From: Patescibacteria group bacterium
GTDB lineage: Bacteria; Patescibacteriota; Minisyncoccia; UBA6257; Colwellbacteraceae
DNA: 64,000 nucleotides
Reading direction: 5' to 3'
Assembly: GCA_023380475.1 (NCBI GenBank)
Contig: JAMCRD010000005.1
Coordinates: forward strand, 16,087-80,086
This document shows positions 37,382-47,167 of the stretch, in pieces. The translations under genes were made by a program, and so were the position numbers. The notes below the pieces were generated by a model. It worked only from the letters and a program-made list of their open reading frames with translations. It was not told the origin of the DNA and did not search any database. The number at the start of each line of letters is the position of its first letter. Positions within the stretch are counted from its first letter, which is position 1.

Positions 37382-39114
37382 TGGACGACAAAACGTTGAT
37401 TGAGGCGCTGATCAAGAAGTCGTTGCTGCTTCCGGAAAGCGGTCAAAAGTTGCTGACCGAGGCAGCCCAAGTAAAACAGCCGGTCGAAGCTCTAATTTAT
37501 GGTCGCCGCCTAGTTGACGAAGTCGAGGTGGCCAAGGTTAAGAGCGAACTTTTAGGCATACCTTACAAGCCGGTTGATTTTGATAAGATCCCGGACGATC
37601 TCCTTAAACTGATACCGGAAGAGACGGCTCAAACTTACCGCGTCATTCCGCTTTCGCGCGACGCCAAAATGCTGGTAATCGGTATGGTTAATCCCAGCGA
37701 TACGAGAGCTCAAGAGGCGTTAAGGTTCATCGCCAAGCAGAACCGGATAAGCTTGGGGGTTTACATAGTTACCCCCTCCGATCTTGAGCTCGTTCTGCAG
37801 CGGTACCACCCCTATCAATCGGAGGTACAATCGGCGCTCAGTTCCTTGAATATAAAACCTGGTAAAAATGAGGTACAGCGGATAATCCAGATCGAGGAAG
37901 GATCGTCGGTTTCAGAGGACGCTCCTATCATAAAGATAGTAGCGTCTACCCTAAGATCGGCGGTCGAGGAGAACGCATCAGATATTCATATTGAGCCGCA
38001 GCGTTCTAGGCTGCGCATCCGTTTCAGGACAGACGGTATATTGAAGGAGGTGGCTTCGTTGCCGCTAGAGCTGGCGCAGCCGGTGGTCTCGCGGGTGAAG
38101 GTGCTGTCCAGCTTGAAGATAGACGAGACAAGAATCCCGCAGGACGGACGTTTTCGGACGGTGGTTTTCGGCCGAGACATAGACTTTCGCGTTTCTACTT
38201 TTCCGACGCCGGCCGGTGAAAAAGTGGCCATACGTGTTTTGGACCCAACGGTAGGATTGAAAGGCGTAGATAATCTAGGCCTGGTCGGACGCAACTCGGA
38301 TCTTGTTACTTCGGCTCTCAAGAGGCCTTACGGAATGATTTTGGTCACTGGGCCCACTGGTTCAGGTAAGACAACCACTCTTTACGCCTTGCTCCAAGTT
38401 TTGAACACAGAAGCAGTCAACATTCTGAGTTTGGAAGACCCGGTTGAGTATTTTGTTGACGGCTTGAACCAATCGCAGGTGCGGCCGGAGATTGGCTATG
38501 ACTTCGCCTCAGGTTTGCGGCAGATTGTACGTCAGGACCCGGATGTCATAATGGTCGGAGAAATACGTGATACCGAAACGGCTAAGTTGGCTGTGCAGGC
38601 AGCTCTGACGGGACAGATAGTTCTATCCACCTTGCATACCAACAATGCCGTTGGTGTCATCCCGAGGCTGGTTGATATGGGGGTCGAGTCATTCCTTTTA
38701 CCGACATCTCTTAATCTTATGGTGTCACAGCGCCTGGTGCGCCGTTTGTGCGATTCGTGTAAAAAAGCAGAGGAAGCGACACCAGACATGCAGGAGTTAA
38801 TTGAAAAGGAGTTAGGGTTGTTGCCGACTGAGGCGCGTAAGAACATTAAATACAGCAAGCCGTTTAAGATATACCACGCTCCGGGTTGTAAGGTTTGCAA
38901 GGGGAAGGGTGCCATCGGACGTATTGCCCTCTTTGAGGTGATGACTATGACTAGAGAGCTAGAGGAGGCTGTGGCTTCAGGCGTAGAAGAAAGCAAGATA
39001 ATCGACGAAGCCAAACGGCAGGGGATGATTACTCTTCGTCAGGACGGAATACTCAAGGCCTTGGATGGCGTGGTAAGCATGGAGGAAGTGCTCCGCGAGA
39101 GCACGGAGTCGTGA
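37381..39114 (+). CDS. pilB: type IV pilus assembly ATPase PilB (GspE family)
   Basis: N-terminal GSPII_E_N-like domain, Walker A GPTGSGKTTT, Asp/His boxes, C-terminal tetra-Cys zinc motif (CDSCK...CKVCKGKG). Confidence 0.9.
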   Translation: MDDKTLIEALIKKSLLLPESGQKLLTEAAQVKQPVEALIYGRRLVDEVEVAKVKSELLGIPYKPVDFDKIPDDLLKLIPEETAQTYRVIPLSRDAKMLVIGMVNPSDTRAQEALRFIAKQNRISLGVYIVTPSDLELVLQRYHPYQSEVQSALSSLNIKPGKNEVQRIIQIEEGSSVSEDAPIIKIVASTLRSAVEENASDIHIEPQRSRLRIRFRTDGILKEVASLPLELAQPVVSRVKVLSSLKIDETRIPQDGRFRTVVFGRDIDFRVSTFPTPAGEKVAIRVLDPTVGLKGVDNLGLVGRNSDLVTSALKRPYGMILVTGPTGSGKTTTLYALLQVLNTEAVNILSLEDPVEYFVDGLNQSQVRPEIGYDFASGLRQIVRQDPDVIMVGEIRDTETAKLAVQAALTGQIVLSTLHTNNAVGVIPRLVDMGVESFLLPTSLNLMVSQRLVRRLCDSCKKAEEATPDMQELIEKELGLLPTEARKNIKYSKPFKIYHAPGCKVCKGKGAIGRIALFEVMTMTRELEEAVASGVEESKIIDEAKRQGMITLRQDGILKALDGVVSMEEVLRESTES

Positions 39115-39127
39115 TACAATAACAAAT

Positions 39128-40198
39128 ATGGATTACAAGCAAAAACTTAACGATTTGTTGCTAACCACCGCCAGACAGAATGCGTCCGATTTGCACATAG
39201 CCGTAGGACGCAAGCCAACCCTCAGGGTTGATGGTGTGCTGATCGGTCTACAGAAAGAGGATATTCTCACTCCCGAGGACGCTCAGGGATTAGTCTTGAC
39301 CATGCTGACCGAGGAGCAGAAGCAAAAGCTTGTAAAGTACGGCGACGTCGATTTTTCATACACCTTTGAAGACAAGGCCCGCTTCAGGGTGAACGCCTTC
39401 TTCCAGCGCGGCTTTATGGCCGCGGCGCTGAGGCTAATACCGGCTGGCATACGTACGGTAGAAGAATTGCGTTTGCCGCCAATCCTGCATGAATTTACCA
39501 AAATAAATCAGGGCTTCGTCCTGGTTGTCGGTCCGGCTGGCCAAGGCAAGTCAACGACGCTGGCGGCACTCTTGGATGAGATTAACCACAAGCGGACTGA
39601 CCACATTATCACCATTGAGGACCCAATCGAATATCTTTTCGTGCAGGATCGGTCTATCGTCTCGCAACGCGAGATAATGACCGACAGCCCTTCTTTCCAT
39701 CGCTCGTTGCGGTCGCTTCTAAGGCAAGATCCGGACGCGGTGATGATAGGGGAGATGCGCGACCCGGAAACGATGTCCACGGCGATGACGGCGGCTGAAA
39801 CAGGCCACTTGGTTTTTTCGACTTTGCACACCAACTCGGCAGCGCAGACAATAGACCGCATTATCGATTCGTTCCCAGCCGAGCAGCAGGGTCAGATCAT
39901 GTCCCAGTTGGCAGCGACCTTGGTGGGCATAGTCTCGCAGCGTCTCATTCCGCGCATTGATGGCGGCCGTACGCCGGCTTGCGAAGTAATGTTCACCAAT
40001 TCGGCCATTCGCAATCTCATTCGTGAGCGCAAGGTTTACCAGATCGACTTGGTTATTGAGACCAGCCTGCAGGAGGGCATGACAAGCTTGAACCGCTCGC
40101 TGGCGGAGTTGATCAAGCGCAAGGAAATTTCTTTGGAAAATGGGGAACTTTATTCACTTAACCCCTCCGAACTCAGGATACTGCTGGAGCGTATGTGA
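39128..40198 (+). CDS. pilT: twitching-motility retraction ATPase PilT
   Basis: Walker A GPAGQGKSTT, PilT N-terminus (DLHIAVGRKPTLRVDG), AIRNLIRE motif. Confidence 0.9.
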   Translation: MDYKQKLNDLLLTTARQNASDLHIAVGRKPTLRVDGVLIGLQKEDILTPEDAQGLVLTMLTEEQKQKLVKYGDVDFSYTFEDKARFRVNAFFQRGFMAAALRLIPAGIRTVEELRLPPILHEFTKINQGFVLVVGPAGQGKSTTLAALLDEINHKRTDHIITIEDPIEYLFVQDRSIVSQREIMTDSPSFHRSLRSLLRQDPDAVMIGEMRDPETMSTAMTAAETGHLVFSTLHTNSAAQTIDRIIDSFPAEQQGQIMSQLAATLVGIVSQRLIPRIDGGRTPACEVMFTNSAIRNLIRERKVYQIDLVIETSLQEGMTSLNRSLAELIKRKEISLENGELYSLNPSELRILLERM

Positions 40199-40225
40199 TC
40201 CCCGTGATAGGGAAGATTGTAAGCA

Positions 40226-41434
40226 ATGAAGCTTAATTATAAGGCTCGAACCAAAGAAGGTGAGCTACAAGTTGGCTCAATTGAGGCTGCTTCACGGGAG
40301 GCAGCCATGAATATCCTGTCCAGCCACGATCTCTTTATCCTTTCACTGGAACAGGAAAAACAAGGTCGCTGGTACGACCAGATCATGGCCTTTATGAATC
40401 GGGTCAAGGCCAAGGACATGATGGTTTTCACCAGGCAGTTTGCCACCCTGCTCTCGGCGCAGGTTCCATTAGGTGAGGCTCTGCGCACTCTCCAAAAGCA
40501 GACCAAGAACCAGATACTCAAGGAAACCATCTTCGAGGTTGCCTCGGATATCGATGCTGGCCTGTCTCTGTCCCAATCGCTGGAGAAGTATAGCAACGTG
40601 TTCTCGCCGTTTTATGTGAACATGATCCGATCAGCTGAAGTCACGGGCCGGATGGAACAAACCACTGGTTTCTTGGCGGATTACATTGAGAAGGAAGTCG
40701 CCATAACTTCCCGGGTTTATAATGCCCTGCTTTACCCGGCGTTCATGATCGTTTTGTTCGTAGTTGTCGCGGCTATCATGGCCATCTTTGTACTGCCTCA
40801 GATTGAACCAATTTTTAGCCAGGCCGGTGTGCCGACGCCTCTGTTTACTCAGGTGATAATCGATGCCGGCAATATCCTAGCTAACTGGTGGTACATAGTG
40901 ATAATTGCCATTGTCGCCTTGGTTGGGTTCGTGGCCGACTATCTTAGGACCGAAGAAGGACGAGTGGTCTTGGACGAAGTGGTCTTGCGCATACCAGTGG
41001 TAAACAACCTTTTGAAAAAAATGTACGTATCACGTTTCGCCGAGTCGGTGAGTATCCTCACCCGCGGCGGTATTCCTATAGCCCAAAGTTTAGAGATAGC
41101 CGGGCAAACGATAGGTAGCATCATTTATCGCGACACACTCCACCAAACAGCCGAGGATGTAAGGCGGGGAGAACTGTTATCCCAGTCTTTGGCTAAGAAT
41201 GAGGAATATTTTCCGCCGCTGGTGTCGCAGATGGTGGCGGTAGGCGAATCAACTGGGCGGCTCGACGACCTGCTGGAGAAGATAGCCGCGTTTTACACCA
41301 GGGAAGTTGATGGAGTCGTGGCTAATTTAGTAGAATTAATACAGCCTGTATTGATGTTGATAATCGGTATTTTGGTCGCAGCGATGTTCGCTTCCATCCT
41401 TGTGCCGATATATAATCTATTGCATACCTTCTAA
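40226..41434 (+). CDS. pilC: type IV pilus inner-membrane platform protein PilC (GspF family)
   Basis: Two GspF repeats and three TM segments. Typical length (402 aa). Confidence 0.9.
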   Translation: MKLNYKARTKEGELQVGSIEAASREAAMNILSSHDLFILSLEQEKQGRWYDQIMAFMNRVKAKDMMVFTRQFATLLSAQVPLGEALRTLQKQTKNQILKETIFEVASDIDAGLSLSQSLEKYSNVFSPFYVNMIRSAEVTGRMEQTTGFLADYIEKEVAITSRVYNALLYPAFMIVLFVVVAAIMAIFVLPQIEPIFSQAGVPTPLFTQVIIDAGNILANWWYIVIIAIVALVGFVADYLRTEEGRVVLDEVVLRIPVVNNLLKKMYVSRFAESVSILTRGGIPIAQSLEIAGQTIGSIIYRDTLHQTAEDVRRGELLSQSLAKNEEYFPPLVSQMVAVGESTGRLDDLLEKIAAFYTREVDGVVANLVELIQPVLMLIIGILVAAMFASILVPIYNLLHTF

Positions 41435-41440
41435 TTAACT

Positions 41441-41947
41441 ATGAATAAGGGCCAGCGAGGTTTTACGCTTATCGAAATGCTGATCGTCATCGCAATCATC
41501 GCGATCCTTTCGGCCATAGTATTGACCAGTGTAAGCAGTTTCCAGGCCAGTGCCAGGGATACGGCGAGAGTAGGCAATCTCAAGAACATTGAGAGTTATC
41601 TAGAACTCTTCTACAACAAATGCGGTTACTATCCTGGCTATCAAGGCGGTAGCTCCAGCTGCAATGCGACGCTACAGGGTTGGGGCGACCTATCCACCCT
41701 GATGGCCAACGTTGGCGTAACTAGCCAACTTCCCAAGGATCCGTCGGCCGGAAGGTCATTCTGCTATGGGGTAAGCAGCGACGGTAACAGTTATATAGTC
41801 GGTACGGTACTGGAGAGTAGCAACAGTGTTCTCAATAACAACGGTACTGGCCCAAGCAGCACTAGCAGTGTTACCTCCTTGCAAATACTAGGTAACCCTA
41901 CCTGTGGTGGTAACAATAGTGCAACCACCTATTGGATTAACTCTTAA
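41441..41947 (+). CDS. pilA: type IV pilin (candidate major pilin)
   Basis: MNKGQRGFTLIEMLIVIAIIAILSAIVL prepilin signal. 168 aa. Immediately upstream of pilD. Confidence 0.8.
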   Translation: MNKGQRGFTLIEMLIVIAIIAILSAIVLTSVSSFQASARDTARVGNLKNIESYLELFYNKCGYYPGYQGGSSSCNATLQGWGDLSTLMANVGVTSQLPKDPSAGRSFCYGVSSDGNSYIVGTVLESSNSVLNNNGTGPSSTSSVTSLQILGNPTCGGNNSATTYWINS

Positions 41948-41979
41948 GCCGTTGATATAAAGCTCTGCTGAATACTGTA

Positions 41980-42843
41980 TTGTACATACTGCTGTTTATC
42001 TTTGGGCTGGCTATAGGCAGTTTTATTAACGTTGTCGCTTTGCGCTACCGGGAGGGTAAAAGCATCTTCGCAGACATCTACGGACGATCGCATTGTCCAC
42101 ATTGCGGCAAGACGCTGCGTTGGTACGAACTGATGCCGCTCGTGTCCTTCGTCATCCAAGGCGGCCGCTGCCGTTCCTGCCACGAGCGTATATCTTGGCA
42201 GTACCCGATAGTGGAACTTATCGCCGGACTTATATTGGTCTTAGTGCCTTATCGCCTGATGTCTTTCTATCACGGCATTTATTCTCCCTATCTGCCTATA
42301 TTCATCTGGGTGATAGCTTTCCTGACACTATTACTGATCGCAGCGATAGATTTCAGAAAAAGAATCATCCCAGATAGCCTGACGATATTCATTGCCTCAC
42401 TCGGGGTGGCCATGTTCTTCATCCACGCGTCTTTAGGCGACTTTGGACTTAGCAATGGCCTGATCGGTGGGACGTTTTTAGGTAGCTACGCTTTGATTCT
42501 CTTCTGGGGCAGTTCGTTGCTGGTCAATACTCTATTGGGGCTAGCCTTTGGTTTGGTCTTTGTAGGCTTGGTCTATATTTTGTCGCGCGGTCGGGGTATA
42601 GGTTTTGGCGATGTTAAGCTTGCTGCAGCGACCGGCTTGCTTATGGGCTGGCCGGATATAGCGTTGGCTCTGATCTTGGCCTTTATAATTGGAGGGATAA
42701 TCGGAGGCCTGCTTATGTTGCTGCGCCATAAATCAGGACAAGATTCGGTACCATTCGGACCGTTTATCGCCGCAGGTATTACCTTAGTCTTCTTTTTGGG
42801 GTACGATATTCTTAATGCGTACTTCTATCTATTTAAGCTCTGA
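41980..42843 (+). CDS. pilD: prepilin peptidase PilD (A24 family) with N-terminal zinc-binding CxxC pairs
   Basis: CPHCGKTLRWYELMPLVSF...GRCRSC, catalytic Asp-containing TM regions. Apparent TTG start at 41980. Confidence 0.85.
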   Translation: MYILLFIFGLAIGSFINVVALRYREGKSIFADIYGRSHCPHCGKTLRWYELMPLVSFVIQGGRCRSCHERISWQYPIVELIAGLILVLVPYRLMSFYHGIYSPYLPIFIWVIAFLTLLLIAAIDFRKRIIPDSLTIFIASLGVAMFFIHASLGDFGLSNGLIGGTFLGSYALILFWGSSLLVNTLLGLAFGLVFVGLVYILSRGRGIGFGDVKLAAATGLLMGWPDIALALILAFIIGGIIGGLLMLLRHKSGQDSVPFGPFIAAGITLVFFLGYDILNAYFYLFKL

Positions 42844-43420
42844 GACGCAGGTTAGAAGCCGCAGAACTGCGGGTTTTACTCTGATAGAAATACTCGTTAC
42901 TCTGGGCATCTTGGCTGTTCTATCCGCAGTTATGATAGGTTATTCGGCCGAGACCGGCCGTCAGACGTTCATGCTCCTTACTAGGGAACAGATAATACAG
43001 CTATTAAACAGGGCCAAGGCTAACTCGCTGGCGGCATATTCATCAGGCAACGGCGTCCAGAATATGACCACCTGCGGCTACGGAGTGCATGTCGATAGAT
43101 CATCAGGCACACTGTTTGTGTTTCAGAGCAGCTCGGCGGATTGCAACGCCCGGAGCGACTATAGTTTCTCTTCAAGTACCGATACTGTTTTAAGTGGCTC
43201 GATAGACTCATACCAGATCGATCCAACCAAGTTGCAACTTATATCCAACGCTACCACTACTCTGTTGCAGGACGTTGTTTTCACTTCGCCCAACGAGCTG
43301 ACGTATATAAACGGTGGCGATACGGTTACAGCAGCCGGCATTAAGCTGGAGCTTGTAAGCGATCCCAACGAAAAGATAGAGGTTGACGTAAACAATGCGG
43401 GACAAATTAGCTGGCAATAA
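42815..43420 (+). CDS. minor (pseudo)pilin
   Basis: AGFTLIEILVTLGILAVLSAV prepilin-type N-terminus. The long N-terminal extension suggests the true start lies downstream of 42815. Confidence 0.65.
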   Translation: MRTSIYLSSETQVRSRRTAGFTLIEILVTLGILAVLSAVMIGYSAETGRQTFMLLTREQIIQLLNRAKANSLAAYSSGNGVQNMTTCGYGVHVDRSSGTLFVFQSSSADCNARSDYSFSSSTDTVLSGSIDSYQIDPTKLQLISNATTTLLQDVVFTSPNELTYINGGDTVTAAGIKLELVSDPNEKIEVDVNNAGQISWQ

Positions 43421-43934
43421 CCAGGGACAATTGCTTATCGAAGCCATGGTGGCCATGGGCGTGATATCAGTGGGGCTACTGGGCGTATTCTCGGTGCTAT
43501 CCAACTCTCTTGGTATAAGCAAGATTACTTCCAATCAGTATGTCGGCACCTACTTAGCCGCCGAAGGGATCGAGGTTGTGAAGAACATAATCGACAACAA
43601 TGTCTACAATCAGGTCTCGGGTGGGTGGAACGCCGGCTTAGTCCAAAACGGTGGCTCGCCCTACACCTTCGCCGTTGAGTATGATAGTCCAGCTCCAAAT
43701 CAATCTGAGTCAAGGAGATCTTTCCAGTCGACCGATTTTCTTAGATTCGATTCCAGTACGGGCCTTTACGACTATAACCCCTCAGACAGTCAGACTACAT
43801 TCAAAAGGGCGGTGACTGTTACTAGTTTGGATTCTAACAACGAACTACAGGTGGATTCAGTTGTGAGCTGGGTCGACCAAGGAGGAACGCCGGACTCGGT
43901 AAAACTAGAAGACGTCTTCTATAACTGGCGATGA
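43395..43934 (+). CDS. minor pilin (PilV/GspI-like)
   Basis: GQLLIEAMVAMGVISVGLLGV prepilin-like N-terminus. Confidence 0.6.
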   Translation: MRDKLAGNNQGQLLIEAMVAMGVISVGLLGVFSVLSNSLGISKITSNQYVGTYLAAEGIEVVKNIIDNNVYNQVSGGWNAGLVQNGGSPYTFAVEYDSPAPNQSESRRSFQSTDFLRFDSSTGLYDYNPSDSQTTFKRAVTVTSLDSNNELQVDSVVSWVDQGGTPDSVKLEDVFYNWR

Positions 43935-44470
43935 GCATAAATAAATCTGTCCCCAAATCAGGTTGGCAAAGTGGTTTCACTCTCATTGAGCTGATGGTAG
44001 CTATGGCTATATTTCTTATACTTATCTCTTTGTCGACGGCGATATTCATTCAGACGTTGCGTACGCAGCAGGAAATTACAAACATAACTGGGAACAACGA
44101 AAGCGCCTCGGAGGTCTTGGAGCAGATATCGCGCGATGTACGCACGGGAACCAATTTTTCCATACCTGATCAGCACACCCTGACGTTTCTTAGTGCGCAA
44201 TTTCTTGGTAAGCAAGGAAATTACCAGATAGTAGGATACAAACTGGTGGGGGATGCCATCGCCCGCTGTTTAGGCGGAAAGTGCCAGCAGGGTACGTATG
44301 ATCCTATTACTCCTCCGGGGGTTAACATAGCCGATATGAGTTTCTGGGGTATGAATTTGACCTCGGGTATTCCGCGCATAACCATTACCATTGCTGTAAC
44401 AACCCCGACCGGCGCACAGCCGCAAGTTGATACCTATCTTGAGACGACAATCAGTGCCAGAAACTACTAA
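43931..44470 (+). CDS. minor pilin (PilW/GspJ-like)
   Basis: SGFTLIELMVAMAIFLILISL prepilin N-terminus. Overlaps the upstream gene by ATGA. Confidence 0.65.
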   Translation: MSINKSVPKSGWQSGFTLIELMVAMAIFLILISLSTAIFIQTLRTQQEITNITGNNESASEVLEQISRDVRTGTNFSIPDQHTLTFLSAQFLGKQGNYQIVGYKLVGDAIARCLGGKCQQGTYDPITPPGVNIADMSFWGMNLTSGIPRITITIAVTTPTGAQPQVDTYLETTISARNY

Positions 44471-44472
44471 CC

Positions 44473-44859
44473 ATGATAATCCGCGCTAAGACAAAAGCTG
44501 AGGGAGTTAAAGGACAAGTTATGTTGCTTACGGCTATGCTGGTATCGGCCATAGTCATCGCCGCTACATCTTTAGCTGGGTTGCTTACTCTTTACCAGTT
44601 GCGCCAAGTGACAGACGTGAAGGGATCCGGCGCAGCTATCTTTGCGGCTGACGCTGGTGTGGAGTGCCTGGCCTATGACAGGTTTGCTAGCGGTACAGCC
44701 GAGTGCAGCAGAGGTGTTTTAAACAACGGGGCTTCTTTCGTTACCACCAGCACCGCTCCGGGGGTGTACGTTTCCATTGGTACCTCCGGCAGATCCAGCC
44801 GTGCTCTGCAGATAAATTTCAACAACATTGCTAGTTCGACTGCTAGTTCCACTCCATGA
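44473..44859 (+). CDS. PilX-like pilus assembly protein (N-terminal domain)
   Basis: GQVMLLTAMLVSAIVIAATSLAGL resembles PilX_N. Small (128 aa). ATGA overlap with ligA. Confidence 0.45.
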   Translation: MIIRAKTKAEGVKGQVMLLTAMLVSAIVIAATSLAGLLTLYQLRQVTDVKGSGAAIFAADAGVECLAYDRFASGTAECSRGVLNNGASFVTTSTAPGVYVSIGTSGRSSRALQINFNNIASSTASSTP

Positions 44860-46880
44860 TTCTAAAAGAAGCCAAAGAGCGTGTTGACCATCTCAAAAAA
44901 CTGATTGATAAGTACCGCTACTCGAGGCTGGTACTTAACAAGGAGCTCATTTCCCCCGAGGCTGAAGACACTCTTAAGAAAGAACTTTTCGATTTAGAGC
45001 AGGAATTTCCAAAACTTGTCACACCCGACTCGCCGACGCAGCGCGTGGCCGGCAAGCCATTGGCTAAATTCAAGAAAGTCAGGCACGAGATGCGTATGCT
45101 TTCCTTCAATGACGCCTTCTCAGAAGACGACATGAGGGACTGGTTGAAACGGCTGAGCAATTCCGTCGGCCGAGAAGTAACCGGGCCGTTTTATGCTGAA
45201 TTGAAGTTCGACGGCTTATCGATAGAACTGGTATATGAAAATGGCGCATTCACCCAGGGGTCAACTCGCGGCGACGGCCAGACAGGTGAAGATGTCACCC
45301 AAAACTTAAAAACAATCGAGGCTATCCCGCTTAGTCTCAAGCCCGGCGAAGCTGGGCTGACCGCCCCGAAGCATCTGGTGGTACGGGGCGAGATTCTGAT
45401 GACCAGACGAGAATTCGCGCGGGCCAACAAAGAACAGGCCAAGAAAGGGGAGAAAGAATTTGCTAATCCGCGCAATATGGCTGCCGGCTCGATTAGACAG
45501 CTGGATCCTAAAGTGACCGCTGTCCGGAAGCTGACCACCAATGAATATGACATTGTGAGTGGCTTTGACGTGCCTACCCATAGCGAGGAGCACAAAATAC
45601 TCCGCGGCTTGGGTTTCAAAACTAACCCTGATACAAAACTCTGCAGCAACTTGGAAGAAGTTTTCGAATTTCATAAATACTGGGAGCAGCATCGCGAATC
45701 GCTGGACTTCGAAATAGATGGCATAGTGGTTATCCTGAATGACAACGAGCTTTATGACCGCGCCGGAGTTGTTGGTAAGGCTCCGCGGGCGGCAATCGCC
45801 TATAAGTTCTCTCCGCGAGAAGCTACAACCGTCGTTGAAGATATAAAAGTCCAAGTCGGGCGCACCGGGGCGCTGACTCCGGTTGCAATCCTAAAGCCGG
45901 TGCAGGTAGGAGGGGTAACTATAACCCATGCCACTCTGCATAACTATGACGAGATAGGACGCCTCGGTGTCAGAATCGGTGACACTATCGTTATCAGCCG
46001 GGCTGGCGATGTCATTCCTCAAGTGACCAAGGTGCTTAAGGAGCTGCGTACGGGCAGGGAACGACAGTTCAAGATGCCCAATATATGCCCCGTCGATGGT
46101 TCCAAGGTTATAAAAGATGGCGTTATTTACCGCTGCTCCAACAAATCGTGTGGTGCCAGGTTGCGCGAGACACTTAGGCACTTTGTCTCGGCTTTGGACA
46201 TCCAGGGTCTGGGTCCTCAAATTATCGACCGCTTCCTCGATGAGGGCTTGGTTAGCGACGCCGCTGATTTCTTCACCCTCAAGGGAGGCGACATAGCGGC
46301 GCTGGAGCGGTTTGGTGAAAAGTCTGCCGGAAATATTCTGGCAGAGATAAACAGCAAGAAGCGAGTTAGTCTCCCCAAATTTATTAACGCCTTAGGCATC
46401 CTCCATATCGGAGAGGAAACAGCTAGATTGCTGGCAGTGTTCTTTTCAGAAAAGATCATTGTTAAAGCGCCGAGCGACTTGCTTAAGGCCTCTGTTTCTA
46501 TTTCAGCGGAAGAACTGCAGAGTATACCCGATATTGGTCCCAAGGTAGCGGCGAGCATAGTCGATTGGTTTAAGAGCAAGAGTAACCGCTCGCTGCTAAA
46601 TAAACTGGACGGTGTTGGGATAACACTGGTTTCTGAAACCGCATCCAAGAAAGGTAAACTTAGCGGCATGACTTTTGTTTTGACCGGCACACTTGAGACC
46701 CTTACCAGGGAAGAGGCCAAAGATAAGATAAGATCGTTGGGAGGTGATACGGTGGAGTCAGTCAGCAAAAACACCGCTTACCTTGTGGCTGGCGCTGAAC
46801 CAGGTTCTAAATATGCCAAGGCTGAGAGTTTGGGAATTAAGATAATCGACGAGAAGGAATTTTTGAGTATTATTAAGTAG
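44856..46880 (+). CDS. ligA: NAD-dependent DNA ligase
   Basis: Adenylation KxDG motif (ELKFDGLS), OB fold, Zn finger (CPVDGS...C), HhH repeats, C-terminal BRCT. Confidence 0.95.
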   Translation: MILKEAKERVDHLKKLIDKYRYSRLVLNKELISPEAEDTLKKELFDLEQEFPKLVTPDSPTQRVAGKPLAKFKKVRHEMRMLSFNDAFSEDDMRDWLKRLSNSVGREVTGPFYAELKFDGLSIELVYENGAFTQGSTRGDGQTGEDVTQNLKTIEAIPLSLKPGEAGLTAPKHLVVRGEILMTRREFARANKEQAKKGEKEFANPRNMAAGSIRQLDPKVTAVRKLTTNEYDIVSGFDVPTHSEEHKILRGLGFKTNPDTKLCSNLEEVFEFHKYWEQHRESLDFEIDGIVVILNDNELYDRAGVVGKAPRAAIAYKFSPREATTVVEDIKVQVGRTGALTPVAILKPVQVGGVTITHATLHNYDEIGRLGVRIGDTIVISRAGDVIPQVTKVLKELRTGRERQFKMPNICPVDGSKVIKDGVIYRCSNKSCGARLRETLRHFVSALDIQGLGPQIIDRFLDEGLVSDAADFFTLKGGDIAALERFGEKSAGNILAEINSKKRVSLPKFINALGILHIGEETARLLAVFFSEKIIVKAPSDLLKASVSISAEELQSIPDIGPKVAASIVDWFKSKSNRSLLNKLDGVGITLVSETASKKGKLSGMTFVLTGTLETLTREEAKDKIRSLGGDTVESVSKNTAYLVAGAEPGSKYAKAESLGIKIIDEKEFLSIIK

Positions 46881-46882
46881 TT

Positions 46883-47167
46883 ATGGAATTTGACGTTGAA
46901 TATTTTGCGCGCTTGGCGCGTATCAGGCTAACCGATGAGGAGAAGACCAGATTGGCCAAAGAGCTCAGTGATGTCCTAGCTTACGTGGAAGAGCTAAAAC
47001 GAGTGGATACGAAAGACGTTGCTCCTATGACAGGGGGTACAGACCTGCGCAACATCTATCGCGAGGACGAGTCTGTTCGTAATGTCTTTGACGATTGCGG
47101 CAAAGGGCCCGCCAATTTCCCTGATACGAAAGACGGGTTTCTAAAAGTGCCCAAGATTTTTGAATAG
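46883..47167 (+). CDS. gatC: Asp/Glu-tRNA amidotransferase subunit C
   Basis: ARLARIRLTDEEKTRLAKELSDVLAYVEELKRVDTKDV matches the GatC family. Immediately upstream of gatA. Confidence 0.8.
   Translation: MEFDVEYFARLARIRLTDEEKTRLAKELSDVLAYVEELKRVDTKDVAPMTGGTDLRNIYREDESVRNVFDDCGKGPANFPDTKDGFLKVPKIFE

Noticed and set aside
45191-46774. Minus-strand ORFs of 152-185 aa inside ligA
   Set aside because: Shadow ORFs opposite a highly conserved ligA frame.
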